Under the pieces are notes generated by a model. That model was not told where the DNA came from. It saw only the letters and a program-made list of their open reading frames with translations, and made no database searches. Below, in pieces: positions 13,942 through 22,106 of a stretch of DNA of 32,000 bases (position 1 is its first letter; each line of letters begins with the position of its first letter). A program made the position numbers and the translations under genes. Source of the DNA: Trichlorobacter lovleyi SZ (GTDB taxonomy: Bacteria > Desulfobacterota > Desulfuromonadia > Geobacterales > Pseudopelobacteraceae). The stretch is from the NCBI RefSeq assembly GCF_000020385.1, contig NC_010814.1, positions 3,420,001-3,452,000 on the forward strand. The letters run 5' to 3'.

Positions 13942-16900
13942 TACAGCCCTCCTTCCTGAAGCCCTTCTGCCAGCTGCAGCAATGGGCGCACGCGGTAACC
14001 TGCCGCCTTGGCCAGCGCCTCCAGCGCCTTCACCGGCACCAGCAGATGTCCTTCTCCCCGCGCCTGCTCAAAGGCCGCCTGGAATGCAAGCCACGTAAGC
14101 AGCTCTTCAAACCGCTCCTTATTAAACCAGACCACACCAGCATCCTCATGCACCAACAGGAAACGGTGCAACAGCGGATTGCTGAACAGCTGGTCCACAC
14201 GGTCTGCAGCCCCTGTGGACCAGATCCTCCCTGCCACAGCGGCTGCAGCGCACAGCTCAACAGTCCACGCCCCGGAATGGCGTTCCACCAGTTCTTCTCC
14301 TGCTACAAAGGCCGCCAGAGGACGCCCCAAGCCGTACTCATGCAAGGCATCATCGCTCAATGGCACAGCCAGGTGACCTGTCAGCAGTATGGCCATGGCC
14401 TGACGACGATTTTTCTGACCAAGGGGTAATGCCTGTCTGCTTACACCGCTCTTACGCAGCAGCCGCAGGGTCTTAGCAGCAAGTGCCGGCTGAAGTGCCG
14501 CCTCCAGAACGTCCATCAGGTGCTGCCGGTCTATTTCTGACGCTGCAGGCGCAGGCAGCTCCGCACAGTAGCCCTGAAAGGCCTTCTCCAGCAGTGCCAT
14601 CTGCGGTATCGCCTGCAGACAGGCTGTAAAGGCTGCAATCAGAGGCTGGTTGGCCAGCTGCACCCGTTCCTCCTCAAGCGAGACCACGCCACGCCCGCCC
14701 AGATGCGTACAGAGCGCAGCCCACTCGCCGTCAGGCGTGTCTTCAAGGATCCTGAAATCAAGAAAGACGTGAAATTCATACTCAGAAAGTTCGGCATACA
14801 TCCCGCGCCGGCAGATCTCAGCTGCGTTACGCAGATATTCATGCTGCGTGGAAATTTCACGGAAGGCCAGAAAACAACGGGTGTCATCCGGCACTGCCAA
14901 GGCCTGCCCCAGGCTGCCGGTGTACAATAGGGGCGCATCATCCCCGGCTCTGGCAGCAACCGGAGCAGCGGTCTTGATCCACCCGGCTGTCCTGGCGTAT
15001 CGGTTGTTATACAGCACCAATGCCCTTTGCTCATCTGCGCGGTTGCTGTAGGCAAAGACATTTTCATCCACACTGCCGTCATGGCAGTAAAAATCATACA
15101 GGGCAAAATGTTCTGAGCCGGAGAAAAGCCTGCGCCGCTTCAGCAGCGGGAAGATCCAGAGTTCATGCCCGCGCAGCAGCCCCTGATCCGCCGTCTCATC
15201 CCAATAGGCCCGGCGATATTCCATGCCGTATTTCTCATGAAACCCTTCAATCTGGCCGTGGCCGAACATCGGTAAGCCCGGCATGGTCGCCAGCAGCACA
15301 CAGGCCCCGAAATACTTGCCCTGGGTGCCAAACTGCTCCACCGCAGTCTTCTCATCGGGGTTGTTCATGAAGTTGACAAACCGCTTCAGGATCTCGGGGT
15401 TAAACTCCAGCACGTTCTTGACGGTCTGGCGATACTTGGCATTCTCTTCCTGCTTCAGCATGTTCATGAAGGCCGAGTTATAGACCCGGTGCATCCCCAG
15501 CGTACGGACAAAGTAGCCTTCCATCATCCAGAACGCCTCGGCCAGCAGCAGGGTATCCGGTGCTTCCTGTGCCATCCGGTCCACCACTTCGCGCCAGAAC
15601 TCAACCGGAAAGACCGCATCAAACTCATCGCGCCCCATGGCATGCTCAGCCCTGGAAGGGATACCGCCCCCCAACCCCCGTTGCGGGTACCAGAGCCGCT
15701 GGTAATGTTTCTTGGCCAGGGTCATGGCCGCATCAAAGCGGATGATCGGGGTCAGCCGGGCCACATGCAGGATCGTCTGAATAACGGTCTCCCGCACCTG
15801 CGGGATCAGGTAGTTCAGCTGAGCCGTGTCGTTCCAGGGGATACTGGTGCCGTCATTACCATGGTAGATGTAGCGTGTACGGTTATCCCGGCGGTCAATC
15901 ATCCTGAAGACCACCGCCGCATCCTGTTTGTTCCAGTAGCCGTCTTCAATTTGAAGCGTAACTGACGGATCAGGGGAAAGATCTTCACCGTTAAACTGGT
16001 AGGTGGGAAACGGGGCGTAGTCAGTCTGAATGAACCAGTCAGGATGTTCAAGCACCCAGCGGGAAAAGAGACCGGTATGGTTAGGAACCATATCACTGGC
16101 AAGCCGGATACCACGCTGCCAGGCTCGCTGTTTCAGATTCAGAAAGGCAGGCTCCCCCCCCAGGTCTGCTGCGATGGTATAATCATACAACGAATAGGCT
16201 GAGGCATGGGCCTCAGGATTGCCGCACAACTGCTTGATTCGTTGTGAGGCAGACGACCGTTCCCAGAGACCGATCAGCCAGAGGCCGGTGAAGCCCCATG
16301 AGGCCAGACGGTCAAGTTCGGCATCCGGCACCTGATCAAGACGGGTAATGGGGTAGGCGTAGGATTTGGAGAGTTGATCCAGCCAGACATGGGTCATCTT
16401 GGCGATCATCACCACGTTGGACATCCAGTCGGCATCGGCTGAAAAGGCCTCATACTCCGGCTGGTCGTAGCCTGCATGGTGACCGGCGCCATGGTAGGCA
16501 CTTCCCGGCACAGCCCCAAAGATTGCAGCTGCACCAGCAGCGCCCGGCAAACCGAACTGCAGTACCTCCGCAGGACCGGCACCGCCATCCGACCACTGGC
16601 GCTGTTCTTCGTCCAGGATATCAAAGGCGGTCAGCAGTTCTTCCAGCAACTCCGGCGGCAGGGCTTCAGCCCACTGTTCCCGGATATAGCCAAGCTGCCC
16701 TGCCAGAGAATCCGGGGCTGCACTCAACGGGGCATACAAGGCCTCAACCAGGGTCACACCGATTACAGGCAGCAGCGGCCCTTTTGCCAACGACTGCTCA
16801 AGCCCGGCAACTACCTGGCGATACGGGGCACTCGACGCCAGCTCCTGATCATCCAGCAACACGCGAAAAGGCTCAAGTGCCCGGTTCCGGGTTGCAAGGT

Positions 16901-17327
16901 TGAGCAGCAGCAACTCACGCAACAACAGGTATTCGCGTTGTTCCTGTGTCAGCGCAGTCAGCACGCAACCGGCCGGAAACATTTCCACAAAGGCATCAAA
17001 CGTCTGCCTGACCTGTCTACCGGCAGGATTCAGTCCAGCGTTCCTCAGGGCATCAGCCAGCAGAGGTGTCTGTCCGCCACGGCAGATATCATCGATCAGG
17101 TGACGGTAAATCCGCAAAAGCGAAGCATACAGGTTGAGCTGGGCAGCAGTAACCGTGGCAGGAGGATCGCCTGACCTGGTCAGGGCAGAGGCCAGCCGGC
17201 GATAGAACAGTATCTGGGGATAATTGTTGTCACTGTGAGCCAACAACGCCTCGACACCAAAACGTTGTTGCGCGCGCGCAGCAACCTGAATGGCATAAGG
17301 GAAATAATCCGGCAGTGATGTGGACAT
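13941..17327 (-). CDS. Large cytoplasmic alpha-amylase-superfamily (GH13-type) protein with unassigned N- and C-terminal domains
   Basis: 1128 aa from the ATG at 17325-17327; the track start at 17333 is a GTG. No signal peptide. GH13 conserved regions: I SDMVPNHTG, II IIRFDAAMTL, III LLLAEAFWM, IV FMNNPDE (His replaced by Pro). It is flanked by a ~290-aa helical N-terminal region and a ~330-aa C-terminal region that I cannot assign. Confidence 0.8.
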   Translation of the reverse strand: MSTSLPDYFPYAIQVAARAQQRFGVEALLAHSDNNYPQILFYRRLASALTRSGDPPATVTAAQLNLYASLLRIYRHLIDDICRGGQTPLLADALRNAGLNPAGRQVRQTFDAFVEMFPAGCVLTALTQEQREYLLLRELLLLNLATRNRALEPFRVLLDDQELASSAPYRQVVAGLEQSLAKGPLLPVIGVTLVEALYAPLSAAPDSLAGQLGYIREQWAEALPPELLEELLTAFDILDEEQRQWSDGGAGPAEVLQFGLPGAAGAAAIFGAVPGSAYHGAGHHAGYDQPEYEAFSADADWMSNVVMIAKMTHVWLDQLSKSYAYPITRLDQVPDAELDRLASWGFTGLWLIGLWERSSASQRIKQLCGNPEAHASAYSLYDYTIAADLGGEPAFLNLKQRAWQRGIRLASDMVPNHTGLFSRWVLEHPDWFIQTDYAPFPTYQFNGEDLSPDPSVTLQIEDGYWNKQDAAVVFRMIDRRDNRTRYIYHGNDGTSIPWNDTAQLNYLIPQVRETVIQTILHVARLTPIIRFDAAMTLAKKHYQRLWYPQRGLGGGIPSRAEHAMGRDEFDAVFPVEFWREVVDRMAQEAPDTLLLAEAFWMMEGYFVRTLGMHRVYNSAFMNMLKQEENAKYRQTVKNVLEFNPEILKRFVNFMNNPDEKTAVEQFGTQGKYFGACVLLATMPGLPMFGHGQIEGFHEKYGMEYRRAYWDETADQGLLRGHELWIFPLLKRRRLFSGSEHFALYDFYCHDGSVDENVFAYSNRADEQRALVLYNNRYARTAGWIKTAAPVAARAGDDAPLLYTGSLGQALAVPDDTRCFLAFREISTQHEYLRNAAEICRRGMYAELSEYEFHVFLDFRILEDTPDGEWAALCTHLGGRGVVSLEEERVQLANQPLIAAFTACLQAIPQMALLEKAFQGYCAELPAPAASEIDRQHLMDVLEAALQPALAAKTLRLLRKSGVSRQALPLGQKNRRQAMAILLTGHLAVPLSDDALHEYGLGRPLAAFVAGEELVERHSGAWTVELCAAAAVAGRIWSTGAADRVDQLFSNPLLHRFLLVHEDAGVVWFNKERFEELLTWLAFQAAFEQARGEGHLLVPVKALEALAKAAGYRVRPLLQLAEGLQEGGL

Positions 17328-17369
17328 GGTCACGGCTCGAGTCTATTTGGATAGGTGTATCAGGCTACT

Positions 17370-17399
17370 AAAAAAGGCGGCCAGATGGTACTGGCCGCC
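17370..17399 (-). terminator. Rho-independent terminator after the TPR gene
   Basis: On the minus strand: GGCGGCCAG-taccat-CTGGCCGCC followed by TTTTTT. This is a 9-bp GC-rich stem starting 10 nt after the TPR stop. Confidence 0.7.
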
Positions 17400-17408
17400 G
17401 ACGGTCTG

Positions 17409-19328
17409 TCAGGGAGACTTTTTCTTGGTTGATGCCTTTGCCTTACTGGACTTGGCGCTACTTTTCCTGCTTTTGCCTTTACTTTTACCGGAGCTTTTGA
17501 TCTTGCCCTTTTTGGTTTTCTTGGACTTGCTGATCTTGCGTGGCACCGGATTAAATTCATCCCGTATGTTGTTTAACAAAATCGAGGTTTCTTCCATGTT
17601 CGGGTCGGCCTTGCGAGCAGCTTCCAGCGCCTCGCGGGCCTCGGAGAGACGACCGGTTTTCATGTAGACCCGCCCAAGTGCATGCAGGGCACGGGCATGA
17701 TCCGGCTTCAGTTCAGCCGCTTTCTTATAACTGGCAATGGCGTTATCATACTCTTTCTTGAAATCGTAGATCAGGCCAAGCTTGTAATGGTTGTTCGCAT
17801 CATCCGGAGCCAGCTCTACCGCTTCCTGCAGCAGTTCTGCCAGTTCATCATATTTCTTGTCTTTGACATAGATAGCCACCAGGGCATTACGGCTTTCGTT
17901 ATCCTCCTCCTGCAACTCCAGTGCCTTGGTGTAATGTTCAACCGCCTTATCGGTTGCTCCCTTGGCACGGTAAACCGCTGCCAGTTCGCGATTTGCCTCG
18001 GGGTTATCAGGGGCCAGCTTCAGCACGGCCTTATAGGATTCTTCGGCAAGGTTCAGGTTCTTGTTTTTGACAAAAATCCTGGCAAGTTTCAGATGGATGT
18101 CGGCACTTTCCGGCTTTAGCTTCAAAAACTCGACATACTGTTCAACCGCTTCCTGGGTGTTGCCCCGTCCCAGCCGGATATCGGCCAGTTTCAACCGTGC
18201 CTCGGCATATGCCGGTCTTTTTTCAATGGCCCGTTTGTAGGCAACCACCGCCTCATCCAGCTGATTGCGTTTTTCATACAGCAGCCCCAGATTGTAGTAA
18301 ACCTCAGGATTGCTGCTGCCAAGGTGCGTTGCATCGCGGTAAGCCAGCAGGGCGTCACCATCCCGGCCGGCCCGGAAATACAGGGCACCGAGTTTTTCCA
18401 GCGGCTCGATCGCATCGGGCTGTTGTTTCAGCACGGCCCGGTAGGCTTCAGCGGCCTTATCCACCTCTCCTTTTGCAGCCAGCTGATCACCCAGAACAAC
18501 CCCTTCAGCCCTGGCTGGCAGCTCTTCTGTCACCACCACTTTTTTACCGCCCAGCAGACGTTCATATTCAGCCTGCTTTGCATCACCATTCTTCTCATAG
18601 ATATCAGCCAGCATCAGATGCAGACTGCTGCTGCGGGGATTGGCCGTTGAAGCCTTCTTCAGCAGATTCAAAGCGGCTTCCTGCTGATTTTGCTGCAGGT
18701 AGATGCCCGCAAGGGCAAGTGAGGCCTGCTCATGGGAGGGGTCCAGCAACAATGCACGCCTGAATTCGTCAACAGCGCGGTCGGTCTGACCTTGAGCGGC
18801 ATACACCTCGGCCTGCCCCGCCAACACGGCAGCATCCGCAGGCAGCTTGGCGGATGCCTCGCCATAATGGTACAGGGCAAGGGCATAAAACTTCCTGTCG
18901 GTCATGATCTTGCCCAGCGCCTTGTGATAGGCCGGTAACGGCTGTCCCGCTATCCCTTTGGTCAGTGCAACAGCGGCATCATCCTGCAGGCCCTTTTGCA
19001 GATACAGCAACCCAAGGTTGCCGGAGGCAACAGCAAGTCCCGGTTCCTTCTGCAAAGCACGGCGATAGCCGGCAATGGCACCGTCAATATTTCCGCTTCG
19101 CTCTGCCTGCAGGCCCTGCACAAACTGAGCGGCAGCTCCATCGGGACAACTGGACAGTATCTGAGCTTCATCCTTGGTTCTGGCCGCATCATCGCTATAG
19201 GCAGGGAGCTTGTTTGCCAGCTCAAGGGCATCCTTGCACCTGTCTCCACCGAAGTTCCAGCTGAAGCCGGTCAACAGAAAGAAAGCGCCGGCAAGGAGCG
19301 GCAGAACTGTCGTCCTTTTTGTATACAT
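17409..19328 (-). CDS. TPR-repeat protein with N-terminal signal/anchor and C-terminal polycationic Lys/Ser tail
   Basis: 639 aa from the ATG at 19326-19328 (MYTKRTTVLPLLAGAFFLLTGFSW). Many canonical TPR units (e.g. YYNLGLLYEKRNQLDEAVVAYKRAIEKRPAYAEA). The last ~44 aa are PRKISKSKKTKKGKIKSSGKSKGKSRKSSAKSSKAKASTKKKSP. The longer track start (19388) lies upstream of the predicted -10 box. Confidence 0.8.
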   Translation of the reverse strand: MYTKRTTVLPLLAGAFFLLTGFSWNFGGDRCKDALELANKLPAYSDDAARTKDEAQILSSCPDGAAAQFVQGLQAERSGNIDGAIAGYRRALQKEPGLAVASGNLGLLYLQKGLQDDAAVALTKGIAGQPLPAYHKALGKIMTDRKFYALALYHYGEASAKLPADAAVLAGQAEVYAAQGQTDRAVDEFRRALLLDPSHEQASLALAGIYLQQNQQEAALNLLKKASTANPRSSSLHLMLADIYEKNGDAKQAEYERLLGGKKVVVTEELPARAEGVVLGDQLAAKGEVDKAAEAYRAVLKQQPDAIEPLEKLGALYFRAGRDGDALLAYRDATHLGSSNPEVYYNLGLLYEKRNQLDEAVVAYKRAIEKRPAYAEARLKLADIRLGRGNTQEAVEQYVEFLKLKPESADIHLKLARIFVKNKNLNLAEESYKAVLKLAPDNPEANRELAAVYRAKGATDKAVEHYTKALELQEEDNESRNALVAIYVKDKKYDELAELLQEAVELAPDDANNHYKLGLIYDFKKEYDNAIASYKKAAELKPDHARALHALGRVYMKTGRLSEAREALEAARKADPNMEETSILLNNIRDEFNPVPRKISKSKKTKKGKIKSSGKSKGKSRKSSAKSSKAKASTKKKSP

Positions 19329-19367
19329 GGTTAATTTTCCTTTTGTTTGGCAGCAAGATTGGGGCGA

Positions 19368-19396
19368 AGTATACAGACAAAACTGCAAAAATTCAA
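19368..19396 (-). promoter_or_regulatory. Candidate sigma70 promoter for the TPR gene
   Basis: On the minus strand: TTGAAT (19391-19396), a 17-nt spacer, then TATACT (19368-19373). This is ~40 nt upstream of the ATG at 19328, with AGGA as the SD. Confidence 0.45.
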
Positions 19397-19414
19397 ATAA
19401 TTCTGCTGAACTGC

Positions 19415-19444
19415 TTGATTCTTTACAGTTTTATGGAATAGTAT
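19415..19444 (+). promoter_or_regulatory. Weak candidate sigma70 promoter for the HDOD gene
   Basis: TTGATT (19415-19420), an 18-nt spacer, then TAGTAT (19439-19444). It is ~50 nt upstream of the ATG at 19493. Confidence 0.25.
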
Positions 19445-19492
19445 AGCCAGGCATCAGTAAGCGTTTGTACGCACAAAGACAGGGGAAACTGC

Positions 19493-20341
19493 ATGATCAC
19501 AGACCTGGAACAGATCATCATGACGGCCGGCGATCTGCCCACCATTCCGGTTGTTGCCACCAAGGTTATGCAACTGATGGAGGATGAAAATTCCACTGCC
19601 GACGATCTGGCCAGGGTGGTTTCCTCTGATCCGGCCGTAGCCGCCAGGGTACTGAAGATATCCAACTCATCATTTTATGGCGCTCAGCGCCAGATCCAGA
19701 CCCTGCCCCATGCCATCATGATGCTTGGTTTTGTCACCCTGAAGAGCGTTGTCGTAACCGCGTCGGTCAAACAGGTCTATCACCCCTATGGTCTGACGGA
19801 AAAACTGCTCTGGGAACACTCCTTTGGCGCCGGCCTGGCAGCCCGCCTGATTGCGCAGGAGTTGCGCCAGATCAATCCGGACGAAGCTTTTTTAGGGGGA
19901 CTGTTTCACGATATCGGCAAACAGATCATGAACTATCTGGACAAAGACAAGTTTCAGGAAGTCATGCAGATTTGCTACAATGAAAAAATTCCGTTCGAAA
20001 CAGCGGAGCGGATGTTGTTTCCCTACACCCACGAAGAGGCCGGGGCGCTGGTGTTAAAAAAGTGGAACTTCCCCGAACAGATGATTAAAGCGGTCATGGC
20101 GCACCATGACCTTGACCTGGCAGATGACGAAGACCCCTATCTGATCAATCTCTCCAACGTAGTCAGCCTTTCAAGCCTGTTCTGCCATCGCTACGGGATC
20201 GGCACACTGGTCGCAGAAGAGGATCTGGATGTCGCTGCCAGCGCTCCCGCCGTCCGCCTGGGATTAAACGAAGAACGGATTGCAACCCTGCTGGAACGCT
20301 TTATTGAAACCTACACCAAGGATCAGTCGTTCTTTAGTTAG
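19493..20341 (+). CDS. Stand-alone HDOD-domain signalling protein
   Basis: 282 aa. LPTIPVVATKVMQLMEDENSTADDLARVVSSDPAVAARVLKISNSSFYG, and later GLFHDIGK and HEEAGALVLKKWNFP, are typical of HDOD domains. SD AGGGGA precedes the ATG. Confidence 0.85.
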   Translation: MITDLEQIIMTAGDLPTIPVVATKVMQLMEDENSTADDLARVVSSDPAVAARVLKISNSSFYGAQRQIQTLPHAIMMLGFVTLKSVVVTASVKQVYHPYGLTEKLLWEHSFGAGLAARLIAQELRQINPDEAFLGGLFHDIGKQIMNYLDKDKFQEVMQICYNEKIPFETAERMLFPYTHEEAGALVLKKWNFPEQMIKAVMAHHDLDLADDEDPYLINLSNVVSLSSLFCHRYGIGTLVAEEDLDVAASAPAVRLGLNEERIATLLERFIETYTKDQSFFS

Positions 20342-20351
20342 CCGGCCAGTG

Positions 20352-20567
20352 TCATTCATCGCTTTCAAGATGCTCAAGAATAGACTTGCGGTAGGTTCCC
20401 TCGGATCGTTGGCGCGCCTCCTCAGAAATATCCACCGTATCGTTCTCTTCCTCATCGCCGCCGGCATGTGCCGTGTCAGCATAAAGACGCCGCAAGCGTT
20501 CCTGTGTCGTACTGCGACGGCGCTCAACCCCGTCTGTCTTCACAACTCCCTGTATCGGTTCCGTCAT
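20352..20567 (-). CDS. Small acidic hypothetical protein (71 aa)
   Basis: ORF with SD-like GGGGTGG 6 nt upstream of the ATG. The sequence is charged (DEEENDTVDISEEARQRSEG). I could assign no family with confidence. Confidence 0.4.
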   Translation of the reverse strand: MTEPIQGVVKTDGVERRRSTTQERLRRLYADTAHAGGDEEENDTVDISEEARQRSEGTYRKSILEHLESDE

Positions 20568-20589
20568 TATGCCACCCCGCGCAACGTAG

Positions 20590-20619
20590 TTGATTTTGTT
20601 GCTCAGAAATTGGTATAAA
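20590..20619 (+). promoter_or_regulatory. Candidate sigma70 promoter (extended -10) for def-fmt-DUF116
   Basis: TTGATT (20590-20595), an 18-nt spacer, then TGgTATAAA (20611-20619). It is 40 nt upstream of the def ATG. Confidence 0.4.
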
Positions 20620-20658
20620 GTTAATTATGAATTTTACCAGACTACGAGTACGCAGACC

Positions 20659-21159
20659 ATGATTCGTCCTATTCTCGCTTTTCCCGACCCGCTTCTCAAG
20701 CAAAAATCCGCCCCGGTCACCATCATAACCGATGAGATTATCCAGCTGGCCAGAGACATGGCTGAAACCATGTATGACGCCCCTGGCGTCGGCCTGGCAG
20801 CACCTCAGATCGGGGTCCTGCAACGGGTGATCGTGATTGATGTAGCTGCCAAAAACGAGCCTCCCCAGCTGATTACCGCCATCAACCCGGTTGTCATCCA
20901 TGGCGAGGGAGAAACCTACGAAGAAGAAGGCTGCCTGTCAGTCCCTGATTTCTCGGCCAACGTCAAGCGGCATGAACGGGTGGTGGTCAAAGGGCTTTCC
21001 CTGGAGGGACAGGAACGGATCTGGCATGCCGATGGACTACTGGCGGTGGCCTTTCAGCACGAGATCGACCACCTGGATGGGATTCTGTTCGTGGATCGGC
21101 TCTCGCCGCTCAAGCGGGATCTGTTCGTCAAAAAATGCAAGAAACGGAGCGCCCAATGA
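20659..21159 (+). CDS. def: Peptide deformylase
   Basis: 166 aa from the ATG at 20659 (MIRPILAFPDPLL); the track start at 20590 is a TTG inside the promoter region. All three Def motifs are present: GVGLAAPQIG, EGCLSVP, QHEIDHLDG. Confidence 0.95.
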   Translation: MIRPILAFPDPLLKQKSAPVTIITDEIIQLARDMAETMYDAPGVGLAAPQIGVLQRVIVIDVAAKNEPPQLITAINPVVIHGEGETYEEEGCLSVPDFSANVKRHERVVVKGLSLEGQERIWHADGLLAVAFQHEIDHLDGILFVDRLSPLKRDLFVKKCKKRSAQ

Positions 21160-22106
21160 CCGGCTGGCGGATCATCTTTATGGGCACGCCGGAGTTTGCC
21201 TGCCCCACTCTGCAGACCCTGCTTGACCGTACTGAAAACGTAGTAGCGGTCTTTACCCAGCCTGACCGCCCCAAGGGGCGCGGCCAGAAGCTGCAACCGC
21301 CGCCGGTCAAGGAACTGGCGCTACGGCACGGGATTCCGGTCCATCAGCCTCCCAAGGTGCGGACGCCGGAGGTCATCGAGCAGATTCGTGCGCTGCAGCC
21401 CGACCTGATTGTCGTGATTGCCTTTGGCCAGATCCTGCCCAAAGCACTGCTGGAGATCCCGCCGCAGGGCTGCGTCAATGTCCACGCCTCGCTGTTGCCG
21501 CGCTACCGTGGCGCTGCACCGCTCAACTGGTGCATTGTCAATGGCGAGACCGAGACCGGCGTCACCACCATGCTGATGGATGTGGGGCTGGATACCGGAC
21601 CGATGCTGCTGAAAAAGACAACGCCAATTGCCCCGGACGAAGATATCCAGTCGCTGCATGACCGGATGTCGCAACTGGGAGCAGAACTGTTAGGAGAAAC
21701 TCTGGACGGCCTGAAAACTGGCCGGATTGTTCCCGAGGCACAGGATGACAGCCAGAGCTGTTATGCCCCACTGCTCAAAAAGGAACATGGCCTGATCGAC
21801 TGGCAGAAACCGGCCGTAACGATTCACAACCAGATTCGCGGCCTGTCCGCCTGGCCCGGGGCTGTGACCTCCCTTGGGGGCGCCCCGCTGAAGCTGTATC
21901 GCTCCAGTATCGGCCAGGGCGCCGGTACCCCCGGCACTATCATAGCAACAGGAAAAAACGGGATTGAGGTGGCCTGTGGCCACGGCTCACTGATCATCCA
22001 TGAGCTGCAGGCAGCAGGCAGTAAAAAAATGGATGCGGCCAGCTTCCTGGCAGGTCATCCCCTGGCACTCGGCACCCTGCTGATGCCCCATGAGGTAACT
22101 GCATGA
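21156..22106 (+). CDS. fmt: Methionyl-tRNA formyltransferase
   Basis: 316 aa from the ATG at 21156 (ATGA overlap with the def stop). MTGWRIIFMGTPEFA, VFTQPDRPKGRGQK, NVHASLLPRYRGAAPLNW are typical Fmt blocks. Confidence 0.95.
   Translation: MTGWRIIFMGTPEFACPTLQTLLDRTENVVAVFTQPDRPKGRGQKLQPPPVKELALRHGIPVHQPPKVRTPEVIEQIRALQPDLIVVIAFGQILPKALLEIPPQGCVNVHASLLPRYRGAAPLNWCIVNGETETGVTTMLMDVGLDTGPMLLKKTTPIAPDEDIQSLHDRMSQLGAELLGETLDGLKTGRIVPEAQDDSQSCYAPLLKKEHGLIDWQKPAVTIHNQIRGLSAWPGAVTSLGGAPLKLYRSSIGQGAGTPGTIIATGKNGIEVACGHGSLIIHELQAAGSKKMDAASFLAGHPLALGTLLMPHEVTA

Noticed and set aside
16476-17174. 232-aa plus-strand ORF and other ORFs inside 13941-17333 on either strand
   Set aside because: They overlap the GH13 frame, which carries all four conserved regions. 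None has a start context or motifs of its own.
13941-17333. Calling the 1128-aa GH13 protein a TreS-maltokinase (TreS-Pep2) fusion on the basis of size
   Set aside because: The GH13 core is central rather than N-terminal. Its conserved-region sequences differ from TreS (e.g. NNPDE against NHDE). The C-terminal region shows no kinase-like motifs that I can recognise.
19348-19363. Sigma54-like element TGGCAG-N5-TTGG upstream of the HDOD gene
   Set aside because: The conserved -12 GC is GG here, and no enhancer-binding protein or upstream activator site is evident. I do not count it as supported.
19329-19388. 20-codon N-terminal extension of the TPR ORF (MQFCLYTSPQSCCQTKGKLT)
   Set aside because: The predicted -10 box (19368-19373) lies inside it. 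The internal Met at 19328 is preceded by an SD and starts a typical signal/anchor sequence.
20352-20567. Annotating the 71-aa ORF as FlgM
   Set aside because: The only support is a short, loose motif resemblance, and there are no flagellar or sigma28 neighbours.
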